The notes under the pieces were generated by a model. The model ran no database searches, was not told the origin of the DNA, and saw only the letters and a list, made by a program, of their open reading frames with translations. From Marsupella aquatica (lineage: Eukaryota; Plantae; Marchantiophyta), in assembly GCA_973895155.1 (NCBI GenBank), contig OZ316895.1, forward strand, positions 22,146,558 to 22,210,557: a DNA stretch of 64,000 bases. Direction: 5' to 3'. Of this stretch, positions 39,045 through 50,103 are shown piece by piece. Position 1 is the stretch's first letter. Each line of letters opens with the position of its first letter. The translations under genes and the position numbers were made by a program.

Positions 39045-39753
39045 TCAGCAGCTCTTCAATGAATGTAGTGGCACCCCGAGTTGAGGTAGAGCAGCAACAG
39101 CTCTACCTCAACTATAGTAGCAGTACCGATGACTTTAAGCAACAACATCAACATTCAACTTTGTCTGAGCAGCAGCTTTTCATTGACTTCAGCACCAACT
39201 TCCTCTCCCGGACTATTTAAGCTGAAGAGCGACGTCAACCTCACCATGCTGGACAGAGAAGCCAGCATTATCTCTGATGAGAATGAGGTAATGTACTGAG
39301 GGAAAGAGCCCCAAACACTCAAAATCTGGCCCCGTCCTGTGTCTCAAAAAGCCGAGGGCATGCCGTGATTTAGTCATGGCTTCAAATTGTCCCTACCTTG
39401 TGGACAAATGTTAAAGCTGGTTGAAGAGCTGTTACTGCCATGCGTTTCTGAAATTAGAGTGTTTTACGGTTAGTGCAACCAATGTGGAGCAGCACTCGGC
39501 AGATCGTAGTGTCTTTTTGGTTTTGAGGGGACGGGGTGAATTGGTTCATAGATTTGTTTCTTGGCAATGTGTTTTTTCAATGTGTTTATTTCACGTCTGC
39601 AGGATATGCCAGAGGCTGCAGGATATGCCAGAGGCTGCTGGAGCAGTAGCAGTAGCAGCAGCTGCAGTGTCGGATCGCTTATTGGGGCCTAGAGAGCGCC
39701 GACAGTTGGCAATTGTCCTGGTATCTTACGCGTAGAACCAGCTGCGTTTCCTC

Positions 39754-40008
39754 TGTGACGGGGTCCCGCCACGGTAAGTCACCATTAGTGTCACCAGCAA
39801 GACACTTGTAAATAAATAAGCCCATAGACGCGAGTTTTTTTTAATGTTCTTTAAGTTTGTAAAGTTTTTTAAAGCATCTCAAGATAGTCGGAGACCCCAA
39901 CAGTTTTGTCTAGACCCGGGTTAATTATGGGGCAAAACCTGGGGGGTTTTAAATCGTGACTTTCCGGGAAGGTAAGGAAGTCCGGGAAATAAGCATTTTT
40001 TGGTAACA
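39754..40008 (-). repeat. Putative complete 255-bp LTR (3' LTR of the parent element) with adjacent PPT
   Basis: Bounded by imperfect inverted ends TGTGAC...GTAACA. On the minus strand it is immediately preceded by CCTTAGAAGGGG (PPT-like, 40009-40020). Confidence 0.65.
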
Positions 40009-40253
40009 CCCCTTCTAAGGCAACACTCAGACAGGACTGGGGAAGTATGGGGGGGTTTAATTAAACCCCCATTAAATCCTTCCGCGAGTGGGCAGCGAGG
40101 AAGGGGGGCTCCGCGAGTGACCGGGCAGGGGGGCCGCGAGCCCTGCATAGGGCCGCGAGCCCGCGAGGACGCAAGCTGCGAGGAAGGGGGACTCCCGCGA
40201 GTTGGGTGTCGTGCGCATAAACATCACTACACAACAGAGTTTTGGTGGGGAGA

Positions 40254-40490
40254 CACCCACAGGCCACGGCTTGTAGCCGATTCATCTTGGTTGTGTGGGT
40301 TGGCACCCACAGCCCATGGCCTGTGGCCTCTTGCAGTTTGGTTGCGTGGGTACTCACCCACAGGCCACGACTTGTAGCCGATTCATCTTGGTTGTGTGGG
40401 TTGGCACCCACAGCCCATGGCCTGTGGCCTCTTGCAGTTTGGTTGCGTGGGTTGGCACCCACAGCCCACGGCCTGTGGCTGATTCATCTT
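40254..40490. repeat. Tandem repeat, ~101-bp period made of ~50-bp subunits
   Basis: CACCCACAGGCCACG.CTTGTAGCCGATTCATCTTGGTTGTGTGGGTTGGCACCCACAGCCCATGG... starts at 40254 and 40355, with a partial third copy. Subunits contain GTGGG..CCCAC hairpins. Confidence 0.9.
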
Positions 40491-40893
40491 CAAGAATAAT
40501 CGAACAACGATTGATGCCAATCAAACACACAATCTTGTCTGACGCGATCACACACATATGAAAGCCTCAAACCTACATAGTCCGATATCCTATACTACCA
40601 CTCAGACACGGGACAAAGGAGGGCTCCGGGGCGCAAGGTGAAAAGAAGCTCCCGGGAAGGGTTTCGTTGTTTTTTTTCTCTCCCCTCTTTTCTCCTTTTC
40701 ACACGACCCTTCTCTTGCCGAAAGCAAACTCGAGTTTCTCTCTCTTATTGCCGAAAGCTTTCTCCTTATGTTACAATTATTTGAGCTCTCTCTCCAATTC
40801 TTCTCAAGGTTCACTCATGGGGGATTACGGGGGCTGTTTCGGGCCAGGGAATTGACATTGCTACGGGTGACGATTTGATCTCGGGATGCATGA

Positions 40894-42726
40894 ATGCTAG
40901 ATCAACAGGAGTTTAGTGTGGCATGCATTCGGAGATACAAGGCTGCTTACCGTGACTACGTGGAGACTTTGATTGCAAGGGAGAGAGAAGAGAGAGAAGC
41001 TACGATGAGCACGGGATTGGCAGCAGGTTCCACACCGGTGGGTAGGAGGATTTTTTGTCAAATTTATCCCAAGACCTCCGCCAAGGTGATGGAGGATTGT
41101 CGGAATATTTTCCAAGCCACCGGGGTTACAGAATTCATGAAGGTGGAGATTACCATCCCTCCGGAGAAGAGCTGGGACATTGAGGCCGGGATGGAGTTAC
41201 GAACGGAGGGAATCTACTTTGAATGTCTCAAACGTGTAGTGCCCCATGTGGAGTTAGCTAGGCTGCTGTTTCTGGAGAATCAGAAATTCTCATTCACACC
41301 TCGGCATATTAGGGGAGAACTCACGTTGAAGATGGTGGCCACTTGGGTGATTAATCCCACCTCCACCACTGCCATCCCTCTTTCCGCTGTCAAGGATGTT
41401 GAGTATAAGGGATTCCTGGCCAAGGTTCATCAACGGGTCCTTGGCAACGTGCAATCCGGGGTGGTGAATGAAGAGCATTTCGTGGTAGCTATGGACATCA
41501 AGAACCACCCAGCCCATGTGTACGGATGGTGGTACTACGGGTTGAAGAAGCTGTTGGCCGCTGATCCCGGGAGTGTGAAACCAGGTGGGGCTGTACATTT
41601 GATGGGGTCATTTGTATTGGCCAGGGCAGAAGGGTTGATTGGTTCCCCGGGACAGGAAGACACGGGATCATCTCTCACCACGGAGATCCGGAGTATTGCC
41701 ACTACCATTATAGGGAAGCTCACGGAGGAATCATCATCGGCCGGTGGGGATGAAGATAGAGGAGAAGAAAACCAGGATGAGGATTACACGTTGGAGTGGC
41801 TTGAATCACTCGTGGGAGATCCAAAAAAGCCCCTGGTCTACAACATTCTGGATGTTTACTTGGCAGAGCTACGGGATTTCAGAGAGGGAGTCCATGAGGG
41901 ACTCAAGCTAATCCACGCATTAAGAGATTCTCTCAAGCATGCCTCAGCCAGAGTAGAGACGTTAGAGCAGAGTACCCTGTCTCTGAAGGAGGTGATCAAG
42001 GCCAAGGAGGGGACCATTCATGAGAAGGATAAGCTTCTCCAAGCAGCTCACGTAGAGATCTCCAACTTGAAGGGGGTCTTGTCCACCAAGGCCAAGGAAG
42101 CAGAAGAGGTGGGAGCGTTGAGACAAGCATTGGCCAAAGAGAAGCAGAATTCTGGAGAAGTGGTGGAGTGGAGAAACCAGGTGGGAGCACTACGGAGTCA
42201 GGTGGCCGCCTTTGAGACACGAGCGATGAGGAGTGAGGCCTTGAGTCTGGGGAAACGGAAGAGCCCCGACACACCTAGCTCCACACTTTCCCCGGATTTG
42301 ATCTCCCAGGCTATTAAGATGGTGGTGAAGGAGGTTAGTGGGAAGTATGGGCCCTTGTTGGATGGAGTCAAGAAGAGTCAGGAGAAGAGCAAGGGCTTGG
42401 AGAAGAAGCTCCGGGAGGTACGGAAATCGTTACGGGAGGCTCAGGTCAGTACGGGGATGCCACCCAGGTCTGTCACCCCCGGGACTCCCATGGCCACAGG
42501 GCAAGTTCTACCGTTGGAGTTGCAGTCCGGAGAAGAGGCTACCCTATGGAAAGACACCATTGGTGAGGGGTACATCAAGGCGTGGCAGGCCTTGGCCACT
42601 TTGAGGAAGCAAGGGAGCGGCAGCACGAAGAGTACCCCGGTAAAGAAGAAGAAAAGTGAGGTGGCACTCACTCCCGTGAGTGATGAAGAGGAGGCCCACT
42701 CACGGGTGATGAGTTGTAGATGGTAG
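40894..42726 (+). CDS. Retrotransposon accessory ORF of unknown function (globular N-domain, acidic linker, long coiled coil, basic NLS-like tail), 610 aa
   Basis: Uninterrupted 1833-nt ORF inside the inverted-ended element. Heptad-rich segments (LRDSLKHASARVETLEQSTLSLKEVIK..., KGLEKKLREVRKSLRE), GKRK and VKKKK basic clusters, and a pyrimidine-rich leader at ~40650-40800. Confidence 0.8.
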   Translation: MLDQQEFSVACIRRYKAAYRDYVETLIAREREEREATMSTGLAAGSTPVGRRIFCQIYPKTSAKVMEDCRNIFQATGVTEFMKVEITIPPEKSWDIEAGMELRTEGIYFECLKRVVPHVELARLLFLENQKFSFTPRHIRGELTLKMVATWVINPTSTTAIPLSAVKDVEYKGFLAKVHQRVLGNVQSGVVNEEHFVVAMDIKNHPAHVYGWWYYGLKKLLAADPGSVKPGGAVHLMGSFVLARAEGLIGSPGQEDTGSSLTTEIRSIATTIIGKLTEESSSAGGDEDRGEENQDEDYTLEWLESLVGDPKKPLVYNILDVYLAELRDFREGVHEGLKLIHALRDSLKHASARVETLEQSTLSLKEVIKAKEGTIHEKDKLLQAAHVEISNLKGVLSTKAKEAEEVGALRQALAKEKQNSGEVVEWRNQVGALRSQVAAFETRAMRSEALSLGKRKSPDTPSSTLSPDLISQAIKMVVKEVSGKYGPLLDGVKKSQEKSKGLEKKLREVRKSLREAQVSTGMPPRSVTPGTPMATGQVLPLELQSGEEATLWKDTIGEGYIKAWQALATLRKQGSGSTKSTPVKKKKSEVALTPVSDEEEAHSRVMSCRW

Positions 42727-42784
42727 GCCTTGATGTACCCCTCACCAATGGTGTCTTTCCATAGGGTAGCCTCTTCTCCGGACT
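42727..42784. repeat. 58-bp fold-back (perfect inverted copy of 42524-42581)
   Basis: GCCTTGATGTACCCC...CTTCTCCGGACT is the reverse complement of AGTCCGGAGAAG...GTACATCAAGGC. Confidence 0.95.
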
Positions 42785-43010
42785 TCCTTACCTTCCCGGA
42801 AAGTCACGATTTGAACCCCCCCAGGTTTTGCCCCATAATTAACCCGGGTCTAGACAAAACTGTTGGGGGTCTCCGACTATCCTGAGATGCTTTAAAAAAC
42901 TTTACAAACTTAAAGAACATTAAAAAAAACTCGCGTCTATGGGCTTATTTATTTACAAGTGTCTTGCTGGTGACACTAATGGTGACTTACCGTGGCGGGA
43001 CCCCGTCACA
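42778..43010. repeat. Right terminal inverted repeat (inverted copy of 39754-39985)
   Basis: Ends ...CCGTGGCGGGACCCCGTCACA|TCCTC. Its first 7 nt (CCGGACT) overlap the end of the fold-back segment. Confidence 0.95.
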
Positions 43011-44425
43011 TCCTCCTTGCTTGGTAGCAGGTCAACAATACAAATTAGGATGTCATTGTTATATACAATACCGAGCTGTGACCTCCTTGATTCTTAATTC
43101 TGTTAAGAATGGAAGTGAGAAGTAGTCCATTAACTCCGGCCCCGGTTAAGCAAGCAAACTTCGGTTTCAATTTTCCTGGAATGGCACCATGCCCCCTGTT
43201 TAGTAGAGGCGTTACTCTAGTACGGGTTTAGATCCGTCATGGAGCATAGTAGGCAGTTCCCTTAGTGACAGTCATCTTGACGAGAGCGTTGGTTGCACAG
43301 GTCGGTCTGCCTGCCCGGGGAAAGACATTCACAGCGGCGAAGTTAACTCGATACTTGCGTTGGCTTGGTCATGATACCAAGCATTTTAACGTGGGGAAAG
43401 TAAGATTTTTGTTGTTTGCACGTACCAATGTCACCAATTTGTAGCTTTCTAAAGGGTTGTTGGTTCTGCCGAGTGGTCAGTTTGACTGAAGGTCTTCATA
43501 TGGCTTGATTTTGCAGTACCGTCGCCTGAAGCATGGATGTAGCCAGGTACAGTTTTGCGTCCAACAATTTGACATTTAGCGATGAGCTACTAGGACTAAA
43601 TGGTGCACTCTAGCTGATGGCGCTGTTTTTTTGCATCCTTGCAAAACTTTTGGGCGACCCAGATTACTCCTCTCCACTGAAATAATCTCTTCTACTCTGT
43701 GCTATTTAGTCAGCAGATTTTTTCCGTGCCGACAATCGAGAGGGTGTCGATGCAAGGAATGAGGTACGCTTTCTCCAAAATGCGGTAGTTGTGCCAGACG
43801 GTCTGAACGCATCCGGTATTTAACAGATGAACTCAGTCATTTGTATTCCTTCGAGAGTGTCTATTTAGTTAAGGACGAAATTGTCTTGATTAGGAGTTTC
43901 TTTGGATTCTAACAATTCCTAATTCTGCTCTCAAATGCATTTTCTGTGTACAGGTAGCCATTGTCCAGTATAAAAAGCAATCCAAAATATCGCTAAGTAG
44001 CACTAATTCATGTGCCGTAATTGCTGTTTGAACAACATTAGTGTGAGTAACATTCATTTAGTAGAGCACAACATTTTCTTGACCAGTGAGAATTAGTGTG
44101 AGCAACACTAATAGTGGTGAAGAGTGTCTACTTTCCTTCCCAAAGTCAACTTTCTTTCCTTTCCTTTGCACACTGTAGTCCACATGATGACAAATCTGGT
44201 TCGAATTTCTTTGAAAACTCCTCTTGGGCTTTGGTAGTTCCTATGCAACTCTATACCCTGCATGGCATGGAAGTCATCAAGAGCTTTGGGGGATAGGGGC
44301 CAATGGCAAGAGTTCAGACAGGCTCAACTTTTAGCTGCGAGTCCCATGGACCAAACATAATTCTCAAGTATTCCAGGTGTTTTACCCTAAACTAGGAGGA
44401 AAAATTCCCACTCTCTTTTTACAGC

Positions 44426-44731
44426 TATAAGAATCACTTAACTATAGGAATCCGTCAGCTCCAGACTAGACACCTATTGTGGAACATGAGATGACTCAAT
44501 CTCACATTACACCAACAACACACCACAATGGAGAAACTCTTAATGATCCATAGCTCATGAGAAAGTACATGTGAAGAATGAGGAAAATGATGCTCTCCCT
44601 TCAACCTATACCCCCCAAGGGGGCCCAGATTGTGGGCCTAAACTAAACGGATCTTATCCTAGTGTAATTCAAGGTTAGTTAACCCTAGTAAATAATTAAC
44701 TAAAGCCAGGAACTAGAGTAAATTTCTAACA
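44426..44731. mobile_element. Possible degenerate solo LTR (copia-like)
   Basis: Ends ACTAGAGTAAATTTCTAACA, similar to the copia LTR end ACTAGAGCAATATCTAACA in this window. Left boundary and TSD not resolved. Confidence 0.3.
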
Positions 44732-46794
44732 TTAAACTCACAGTCCATGGAGGTTGTAAGATTCATGGGCTATGATCCATCCAGGCATTCTTTTTCATTT
44801 GAATTCGAAAGAATTTAGTACAGGACAAGGATATTTGTCAAGGATATGGAGTTCATGGCCTTCTCTATCATATTAGGAAGGGAAGGTCAAAACATCAAAA
44901 CTGTCAAGGATGATATCAAGGTTGACTTTTCATGTACAGTAGTATATTTCCTTCAACATCAAGAACAAAGTTGATTGACAAGGCAGAGAAAAACATCCTG
45001 AAAAAGCAGAGGTACATCCCACAGAAGATTCCAAATCAACAGGTAAAAACAAATGTCTGTAGACAATATCTACTAACGCGGGTAGATAAATCAAATTTGG
45101 TGATCATTGATAGATATCCACCAAAGCCAGAACATCTTATAACTACATCATGATACTAGGGATCTGTTACACTGACTTGTACATGAGAATGGTGGTGAAG
45201 CTATTTTCTTTTGCCTTCAAAATTCAACTTCATTAACTCTAAAAAGAACAACACAAAGCGAAGAGGAATGTGAGGAATGAGGCCGATCATAGGATCTCTC
45301 AGCAGAGAGCCCAGGTCAGAAGTGCTGGCCAGTGAGAATGGTGCAAGGCCACAAAAGAGTTAATGGCCAGTGAGAATGGTGCAAGGCAACAAACGAGTTA
45401 ATGTACAGGGCCCTTCTTTTGTTAACTTAACCTGACAAGACCCACCTTTTTGAATTTGACTTAATGGGGCCCACGTTCTAGTGTCAGGTGGGACATTTAC
45501 TTATTGAACAATCAAGCCCCAACTGGCCACACTACCTCACTCGGATCCTCTCCTCTCATTCCTTTCCATGTCTGAATCAACATGGTCCTGTCTCCAAAAG
45601 TCAAATTGGACTTGAGCTGGGGGGGGGGGGGAGGTGTTTCTGCTACACAACCTTCAGGAGGCATATTCGATATTATTAGATAGCTCATATAATGAGTTTT
45701 TGGTCGGTACCATAAGTCACTATGAAAGTTATACGATTAACTTAACTTTGTGAGAGACTTTTTGAAAAATAGTAGAGGAAACATTGACTCTAACGTAAAT
45801 TTTATATGCTAGAGTCCTTTTTTAACTTTACATGACGCCCTCATAACACAACGTAACAAGACTTTGTCATATCCACTTTACAGAAGAGACATAACTAGAA
45901 TATATGTAGCCGTTAGCGCACCGTCACAAGATTTTATCATATAAACTTATACAATATATACCACAAAAAAATGTGTAGCCTCATAAGAGGCCAGACTTGT
46001 GTAACCATGCACAGGAAATACCCAAAGTTGTTGATGGCCTTCACAAGATTTTATCATGTAACCCTTACGGAGGATACACCACAAAAAGTATCTGTAGCCC
46101 TCATAAGACTCCAAGATTCTACAATATAATCCTACATAAATGCAAAGGAAAATCACACGAGTTTGTTAAAGGTGAGCACACCTGCAAACGATTTTATCAC
46201 ATGAGCATTAGAGAAGATGCACAGGAAAAATCAATGAAGTTGTCATATGTACCATACTCTAAGATTTGAGAGATTTGTTTGGTGGAACCCTAAAAGGAAA
46301 TGTTTTACTTGATAGGACCCTTGAAAGTTTGGGTCCATCTATTCAAGGTAAATCAACGGCCTGGATCACTCAGGGGTCCTATCAAGTAAAACATTTCCAT
46401 TTGGGTTCCCACCAAGCAAATCCCTCGGCAAGATTCATCTACAATCAAATGTTATTTAAGGTGAAAGATGCACTATCCCTCAAATTGCCACTGCCCATGA
46501 GACTGTGAGATGACAAACTAGGCACTCAACCTGCCCATTTCTATACTTCAATTTATTTTTGACCAACTATGGTGCCTGGATCTACCAGGTTATGAGGAGC
46601 GCCCGCAGCGCTTTCTGATTCACGCAAGATAGTTGAATCACAATGAAGCTAATCAGTGTTTACAACATTGTGATTCAGCACAGTCACAATGGTGCTAGTT
46701 GAAAGTATCTACTTCATGGAAAAAATAAATAACAAATGGTGCTAATCAACGTTTACAACGTTGTAATCTCGAAAGATGCATTCTACACTTACTT

Positions 46795-47880
46795 CTTTGT
46801 TTTCTTAGCTAAATATATACACACCGCCAAAAAACAAAAAATGCCAAACAGGGAGAGAGATCCCAAAGGTAAGAGATCCGGTAAAAAGGTGAAAAACAAG
46901 CGAAATTCTTCAAACCTGGAGACCGGATTCCGCCGAAGACAGAAAGGGAAAAGGAACAATTTATTTATAAATAGCCAAACGAAATACAATAGAGTAAAAC
47001 GCAAACGGGGTCCCACGAAGACAAACACAAAAGGCAAACGCAAACTTCAAACTAAGCAGATCATAGGTGGAAAACAGACCACTCCAATAATGCTCTACTG
47101 GTCAGCATCTAGTGTAGTAATTTAGTGTACAAGTGGGACATGAATAAAAAAGGAATTCAATGATGCTCTAGTAGTGCGCGTCGAGTGTTGTAACTAAGTC
47201 TACATGAATGAAAGGGAGATCTGACAAAGCGGAGAAAACAAGGGGAAAAACCATGAAATATTGAAAGCAAAAGAAAGATGCACTCTGCATCGAATCACAA
47301 TGGTGCGAATCAGTGGTTACAAAGTTCTGGGGCCCATTTGGCGAGAGAAGCAGGGGAGCAGGTGGATGGAGCCACCACGAGCCTCTCTTCATGCAATTCC
47401 CAAAGTCTGCGTATTCTTTGATGGAAAATTACAGACTCCCCTGATTTTTTATTTGGTCGCAGCACTGCAGACAGATTCGAACCCGATACCCAAATTCGTT
47501 CACTACTTTGGAAATGTGGATCGTGTTCTTTTAAAGTAGGGAGACCATCTGGCTTTCTAGATATTCCGGGTGGGTACTTGCAGGAATAATTCTCAAGAGT
47601 TTGGTATTGTGTGTTTAAGTGGGTGGTCCAGTGCACTGCGACATTATTTTGTAGAGAGATGGAAACCGTCCTAGCAGGGGATGCCGTCTGAAGGATCTGT
47701 TGGGCCCATTTCCAGACCACAGCGGAGATAGGGCAACGTATGATGCAATGATCAATGTTCTGTGTAGTATGCGGATGGGATCTGGTACACCAAGTAGAAC
47801 TTTGCGTTCTTGGTGGTTTTGGTGGCTGCAACCTCTGCGTAGCTGCAATTCGGTGCGATACCCACAGCACACAACTCTCA
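46795..47880 (-). mobile_element. Degenerate LINE (L1-like) 3' fragment
   Basis: A minus-strand frame reads WCTRSHPHTTQNIDHCIIRCPISAVVWKW, resembling the C-terminal zinc-finger (zf-RVT) region of plant LINE ORF2. It is followed by a T-rich 3' region and a decayed A-rich tail near 46795. Confidence 0.45.
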
Positions 47881-50103
47881 TTTCGCTGATGTGAACGGCT
47901 TCCATACCTCTGCCTAGGTGCCTAATTTCTTGGAATTTGTTAGCTTGGAGATACCCATTACTTGCGGAAGCCAACAGTTCTCATTGGCTGATGGGAACGG
48001 CTTCCATACTTTTGCCCGGGTTGTTTAATTCTGGAATCTGTTTACGTAGATACCAACGTCATGATTGACATGTGTGTCCCCTGTGTTCGTGCAATCTTTA
48101 ACTTACGTTTTTCCTCCATTCACAATTTCACATTGTAAGGAAATGCTTGGAATTCCATAGCTGGACCAACTAGGCTACGCTGACGCAAAGAGGAATTGCT
48201 AATTATACATGATTGTCTGTAGTACTTCGTCTACTGGCAGGACTGGATTCCGAAAAGGCGAAAGCACACCATTGACAACGCATGCACCAATGGCAAGGAC
48301 GTACCGTGTGGGCTCCACAGAGATGTCACATACTGTATCGGAGCCTGGATTTCCAATGTAGTTGGTACCTACTCTTCAGTGCGTGAGTTCTGTATTTCTG
48401 CATTCTGTATAGATGATTGGTTGATGTCTCAGGTTTGAGACCAGCCTCTCATATATATGCTTGCAACAGAGTCCATCCTGCTTGCAACAGAGTCCATCCT
48501 GCTTGCGACACCCCTCATGATTCGCGTTTCACTAATGAGCGATTGACGTGATTCTGTGTGCACTACCGGCCTCCATTACAGCAGCTCCTTCCAGCCAATT
48601 AATTGAACGAGTAACAGGCTTTCGATGCGTTTTCAGTGTAATCTACGCCCTGCATGATAGGATCTTGTTCACGAATTGAAACTTCCCCTGTCAATGGCTA
48701 CTGCAACAAGGTGGCGAAAGTACGTCTTAGATGCCTTTTCCATACAATCTACGACCTGCACAATTATGAATTTACGTTCTTGCGTGTTGGTGAGGCAGTT
48801 GAGCTACTTTGTGGCAGCTCTTGTTCACTAAATGAAAACGCCCTTGTCAAAGTAAACTTTAACAAGGTGGCGAAAATACGGTTGTTCACACGCGTCCAGG
48901 GTGGAAAATCACAGTAGCCTTTCTGTCTAGGGCCTTTAATTAATACGGATCTTGCAGCAATGTCTCCCTCAAATTGGACACCATATAGAGTATGTGCCTA
49001 TTCGTCCTTCAGGTGCAGTTTCTGTTTCCCTAATTGTGTGCTGCTAGTAAGGTTTTCGCTTGAAGAGGACTATTGGTCGGATACACCATCACGAATTTGT
49101 TGTTCAGTTAACCATTTAAGAATGATAAGAGCCAGATGACATGAAGTCAAGAGGCCTTCATTGCCAGAGAACTCGTCCCTACCAGAACGCTTCGAAATAG
49201 AAGGAGACTACGGTTTTGATCATGCGGATATTCGGACACACCATTCGTATGAGGGCGTGAAAAACGAGAGGAATAATGCTGGCAGAACGCATCATGCTAC
49301 GACTTTAGTTGTTGTTGCATGGATTGAATAAACTAAGATCAACAATTCACCACCTCCCCCCGCTTTGCTCCTGTGTCCAAACCAGCCGAAATTTTGACGA
49401 AAGCGTAATCGACACCGGTGCGTGAACATACACCGGCATAAATCCATTTCCGGAAGCGGACCAACGAAGCGCTTATATTGCAAGACGAGAAGGGCCTTCA
49501 ACAATGGAGACTAGCAAGAATGTACTCTCAACATCATTCTGCAACAAAATTGCAAGGAGTATACAGACAAGTGGTGTAGCAGGGAAAATAATGTCGATGT
49601 CTAATTTATCACCACGACGTGAGTGGGTACACCGTTCGACAATATCTCCTTGGAATGCAGGAGGGCGGGAATAGTTGAGAAAGCAGCCAAGATTTGACTC
49701 TAAGTATGATTCCAAGAAGACCGACAATGGATGGGTCGAGAAGCCCTGTCAATTAAGCGATGAACCGGATGGGTGACTCGGTAATAACATTCCACTTGAA
49801 TTACGATGGATCTTCCAATCCACCAAATCTAACAAAATCCCATGAACTCAGGGATCCTCGACTTTCAAAAGCTAAACCTTTGCTTCCGACGAATTAGCTC
49901 AGAATACAACAATCAATGTCCTGGACTTGTGATCTATTAATGAGAGAAGAAATACGAGGTTGGGCGGACTAGTGATACAAAGAAAAACGCGATGGAAAAA
50001 CCATCCATGCGTCTCTCTATAGTCTCAAAGATACTACAGGAGGATCTCGCATATTCCACGATAAAATATTCACGATATCATCTGTTGATTCGGAAAATTC
50101 GTC

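Larger units (their letters stand above)
39754..43010. mobile_element. LTR-retrotransposon-derived insertion with inverted ends (TG...CA, 5-bp TSD TCCTC, ~232-bp terminal inverted repeats)
   Basis: TSD TCCTC at 39749-39753 and 43011-43015. 39754-39985 is the reverse complement of 42778-43010 (3 substitutions, 1 indel). Internal tandem repeats and one 610-aa ORF; no gag, RT, integrase or transposase motifs recognised. Confidence 0.9.

Noticed and set aside
39990-40020. Alternative reading of the left end as a + strand 5' LTR with PBS TGGTAACACCCC
   Set aside because: It does not match a tRNA 3' end I recognise and sits 5 nt from the CA. The TGTGAC...GTAACA plus PPT reading fits better, though orientation remains an inference.
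39921-40561. Overlapping ORFs on both strands
   Set aside because: By-products of the GC-rich tandem repeat inside the element.
39230-43960. Possible spliced host gene interrupted by the inverted-ended element (AG at 39602, GT at 39721, AG at 43030, candidate exon 43517-43546)
   Set aside because: The reconstructed empty-site intron would be only ~48 nt and no coherent protein results. It cannot be supported without transcripts.
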